A stretch of DNA of 64,000 nt from Smutsia gigantea (lineage: Eukaryota), in contig JAVSCE010016072.1 of assembly GCA_032199065.1 (NCBI GenBank), forward strand, positions 116,871-180,870. The letters are read 5' to 3'. The translations under genes and the position numbers were made by a program. The notes beneath the pieces are model-generated. The model was not told the origin of the DNA. It saw only the letters and a program-made list of their open reading frames with translations, and ran no database searches. This document shows positions 63,959-64,000 of this stretch, in pieces. Position 1 is the first letter of the stretch; every line of letters begins with the position of its first letter.

Positions 63959-64000
63959 GTTTGATGCCTTCTATGGGGAGAGAAGCTCTCAGCAAGACAT
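63959..64000 (+). CDS. KIF22: KIF22 coding exon 3, 5' part only (FDAFYGERSSQQD...). It continues beyond the window
   Basis: Acceptor tctttcttcttgcttgcag|gtttgatgcc. The split codon ca + g gives Gln, then FDAFYGER, matching human QFDAFYGERSTQQD. Confidence 0.85.

Overview
This window is not prokaryotic. It is placental-mammal genomic DNA: spliced genes with GT/AG introns, CpG-island and TATA promoters, MIR SINEs, and about 45% LINE-1 content. I could not assign a species; it is neither primate nor rodent.

Gene content and order match the human 16p11.2 block C16orf54 (-), ZG16 (+), KIF22 (+):
- The C16orf54 ortholog is a single coding exon on the minus strand at 3016-3675.
- ZG16 (zymogen granule protein 16, a jacalin-type lectin) is on the plus strand. 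It has three coding exons (35138-35192, 35377-35509, 36197-36512) and a predicted short non-coding first exon driven by a TATA box at 34166.
- KIF22 (kinesin family member 22) begins at a CpG-island promoter near 56.4-56.9 kb. Its coding exon 1 is 56713-56770, exon 2 is 62463-62658, and exon 3 starts at 63959 and runs off the window.

Two large L1 clusters fill the C16orf54-ZG16 and ZG16-KIF22 intergenic regions (about 4.8-19.0 kb and 43.7-54.6 kb):
- Each cluster contains one young full-length L1. The minus-strand copy is 7377-13468 and has a perfect 15-bp target site duplication (TSD). The plus-strand copy is 46692-52820 and is nested in older L1 debris.
- Both young copies keep an intact ORF1 of 188-193 aa but have a dead ORF2.
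- A 5'-truncated L1 at 14276-18104 has a 16-bp TSD.

Other repeats are MIR elements, old L1 3' ends, a G-rich minisatellite, a (CT)n microsatellite, and a pair of unclassified ~350-bp repeats.

I see no CRISPR array, defence island or other prokaryote-style system, and nothing I can defend as a novel system. The least expected observations both concern the L1 copies:
- Both young L1 copies share an ORF1 that stops before the conserved C-terminal domain, which continues in the -1 frame.
- Both copies also carry an open 152-codon antisense ORF in the 5'UTR.
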